Of a stretch of DNA of 40,318 nucleotides, positions 38,632-40,318 are shown in pieces (positions within the stretch are counted from its first letter, which is position 1; each line of letters opens with the position of its first letter). Origin of the DNA: Candidatus Zapsychrus exili (GTDB taxonomy: Bacteria > Omnitrophota > Gorgyraeia > Zapsychrales > Zapsychraceae); the NCBI GenBank assembly GCA_030765585.1, contig JAVCCJ010000121.1, forward strand, positions 71,233 to 111,550, in the 5' to 3' direction. The position numbers and the translations under genes were made by a program. Below the pieces are notes generated by a model. That model had not been told where the DNA came from. It searched no databases and saw only the letters and a list, made by a program, of their open reading frames with translations.

Positions 38632-40161
38632 ATGAGAAGCAAAAGAATGATAATAGCTGTGTTTTTATGTGTTTTTGCTATGTTGATGTTCTCTTCCAAA
38701 GTTTTTTCCGAAGAAACATTAAAGGATGAAGGCGCCGCTTTTTTAGTAGAAGTAGCAAAATCACATTATCAAAGAGGTCAAATGGAGCAAGCCGCTCATG
38801 AATTTAGTAAGGTCTTGTTAATTAATTCAGACAATGAAGAAGCTTTAGAGTATTTAAAAAAGCTTGGTATGAGTCGCGGTTTATACTCTAAGCAAAAAAC
38901 GAGGCTGTCTAAGAAAATGGATATGTCAAAAGAGTTAGATTCTAGAGAATTCGGAAATAAAGTTTGCGAAACACCAAAGGTTGCCGAGCAAGAAACTGAT
39001 GAAGATTTACCTGTTATTGAGCAAGAAATTGTAGAACAGATAGAAGAAGGGAATAAAGGCATTATTTATATAAATGAAGCTGTGGAGTCAAAAGAAGTCG
39101 TAGAGCAAAAAGAAAACGTTGAAGATGATGATATAGTTGAGGTAGGTGCGGCACAAGTAAGCTTGGCTACTACTCCTCAGTTGGGAGGATTTGAAGACGA
39201 GATTTCTACTTTAGTGCAAGAAAATGAGATTAGGGCACTTGAAGCAGATGTTTTGCAAGCAAAGATAAAGGATTTAAAAGAAATGCAGTATGCTTTAAAG
39301 ATTGCTCCTAAGAAATGGGAAATTAAAGAAGGCGAAATTTCTAATAAAGAACTAGAAAGAATATCAAAAGGATATGCTAAAAAAACAAAGAATTTAAGAA
39401 AACAACTCTTTAAACAAAAACAAGATCTTGACGAGCAAATGTCAGTTTTAAAGAAGAAAGACAATGAGCTTGCATTATTAAAAGATGTTTCTAAAGAAGC
39501 GTCTTTACAGTCGAAAGAAATTGATAAAATAAGAGAAGATTATGCTAAAAGAATTAGTAGAATCTCTGAGTTAGTTTTAGATCAAGAAGATGCAAAAAGC
39601 GATGGTATTTCTGATATAAGCCTTTTAAAAGAAAAGTCAGAAAGCGCATCAAAAGAATCATTAGGCTATGAGAGAAAGATGCGTATTTTAGCAAGGAAAT
39701 ATAATGAAGCTCGCGAAGAGGCTTTTAAACAAGAACAATATAATCGAAGAATGCTAGCTGTTTTAGAAGATTATCTTTATGCGAGAAAGAATATTATAGG
39801 TAGTTTAGGCGATAAAGTGGTTTATAAAAAAATGAGAATCGCAAATACAGAGAATAAATTATTAGATAGGATAGAAGAACTTATTGATATGCATGATGAT
39901 GTTGATTACTACTTGTCTCGCATAGAGGATAGAGATGAATTGGTAGATGCTAAGAATGAAGATCTTATTTATTTAAGAAGTAAAGTAGGTTCTAATGGGT
40001 CTTTAGGCGAAAAGAATAAAGATTTAAAGTATTTATGGAGTAGGCTAGAGGCTGCACAGGAAAAGTTGTTTAGCAAAAAAGAAAATATTTCTTTGCTTGA
40101 AAAAAGACTTAAAGAAACACAGTTTGAGTTAAACAAGCTAAAAAGAAAAGTAAGTATGTAG
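38632..40161 (+). CDS. Secreted or membrane-anchored TPR plus long coiled-coil protein (509 aa)
   Basis: ATG with GGAGA RBS at 38622. Signal peptide MRSKRMIIAVFLCVFAMLMFSSKVFS, one TPR (AKSHYQRGQMEQAAHEFSKVLLINSDNEEALEYL), an acidic linker, then a K/E/L-rich heptad region. Confidence 0.88.
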   Translation: MRSKRMIIAVFLCVFAMLMFSSKVFSEETLKDEGAAFLVEVAKSHYQRGQMEQAAHEFSKVLLINSDNEEALEYLKKLGMSRGLYSKQKTRLSKKMDMSKELDSREFGNKVCETPKVAEQETDEDLPVIEQEIVEQIEEGNKGIIYINEAVESKEVVEQKENVEDDDIVEVGAAQVSLATTPQLGGFEDEISTLVQENEIRALEADVLQAKIKDLKEMQYALKIAPKKWEIKEGEISNKELERISKGYAKKTKNLRKQLFKQKQDLDEQMSVLKKKDNELALLKDVSKEASLQSKEIDKIREDYAKRISRISELVLDQEDAKSDGISDISLLKEKSESASKESLGYERKMRILARKYNEAREEAFKQEQYNRRMLAVLEDYLYARKNIIGSLGDKVVYKKMRIANTENKLLDRIEELIDMHDDVDYYLSRIEDRDELVDAKNEDLIYLRSKVGSNGSLGEKNKDLKYLWSRLEAAQEKLFSKKENISLLEKRLKETQFELNKLKRKVSM

Positions 40162-40184
40162 TAGTATTATAGGGAGAGTAGAGT

Positions 40185-40228
40185 ATAAAAAAGGGACTCG
40201 TGCTTTTAAGTGCGCGTCCCTTTTTTAT
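40185..40228. terminator. Rho-independent, probably bidirectional, terminator
   Basis: ATAAAAAA-GGGACTCGTGCTT-TT-AAGTGCGCGTCCC-TTTTTTAT: GC stem with G-U pairs and one mismatch, flanked by A6 and T6, about 25 nt after the stop. Confidence 0.88.
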
Positions 40229-40291
40229 GTTATATAAGTAGTTAACAATAATGGGGACAGATGTTAATGCTCACTAATTCGGTAACTCTTT

Positions 40292-40316
40292 TGGTATAAT
40301 AATACAGCTAAAGGAG
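40292..40316 (+). promoter_or_regulatory. Extended -10 element and RBS of the next gene, which starts outside the window
   Basis: TGgTATAAT at 40292-40300 and AAGGAG at 40311-40316. Confidence 0.55.
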
Positions 40317-40318
40317 AC

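Noticed and set aside
1524..39464. About 35 short (60-158 aa) ORFs on the minus strand or in alternate frames
   Set aside because: All overlap long + strand ORFs that carry clear domains. They look like antisense or off-frame shadows of the coding strand, with no recognisable motifs.
1..40318. Alternative genetic code or eukaryotic origin of the contig
   Set aside because: The standard code gives multi-kb ORFs with only one internal stop. There are no introns, and bacterial SD, sigma70 and intrinsic terminator signals and bacterial-type domains are present.
1..40318. rRNA, tRNA, transposase, integrase or NRPS/PKS modules
   Set aside because: None were recognised. Noncoding space is under 300 nt, and no adenylation, condensation or ketosynthase motifs were seen.

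Overview
This AT-rich bacterial window is almost entirely one + strand coding unit. The three giant ORFs (28-6555, 6530-14815, 14852-38500) look like one gene of more than 38.5 kb (over 12,800 codons, already open at base 1). It is broken by a +1 frameshift in an A-run at about 6484-6496 and by a single in-frame TAA at 14813-14815, and each break falls inside a recognisable domain. N- to C-terminal, the protein reads: coiled coil, outer-membrane-like beta strands and a large extracytoplasmic region; one TM helix; a complete eukaryote-type FKS1/callose synthase (GT48 1,3-beta-glucan synthase); then a chain of cargo domains. The cargo comprises a RelA/SpoT synthetase-like domain with TGS, HD hydrolases, two Cys-His-Asp papain/transglutaminase-like domains, PRTases, a HAD hydrolase, a GlnD/DUF294-like nucleotidyltransferase, PRPP synthetase, LMW-PTP, NagB plus PIG-L deacetylase, a FAD oxidase, a tandem Fluc fluoride channel and His-x-Gln hexapeptide repeats. 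Two recurring motifs punctuate the chain: an 'RAGP...HE' zincin-like module and a '[LF][NY]SF..P + TM helix' junction. This style resembles the giant proteins described in Omnitrophota (OP3), but that taxonomy is inference. Downstream are a secreted TPR/coiled-coil gene with its own promoter, an intrinsic terminator and the promoter/RBS of the next gene. All domain calls come from motifs recognised by eye; no searches were run.
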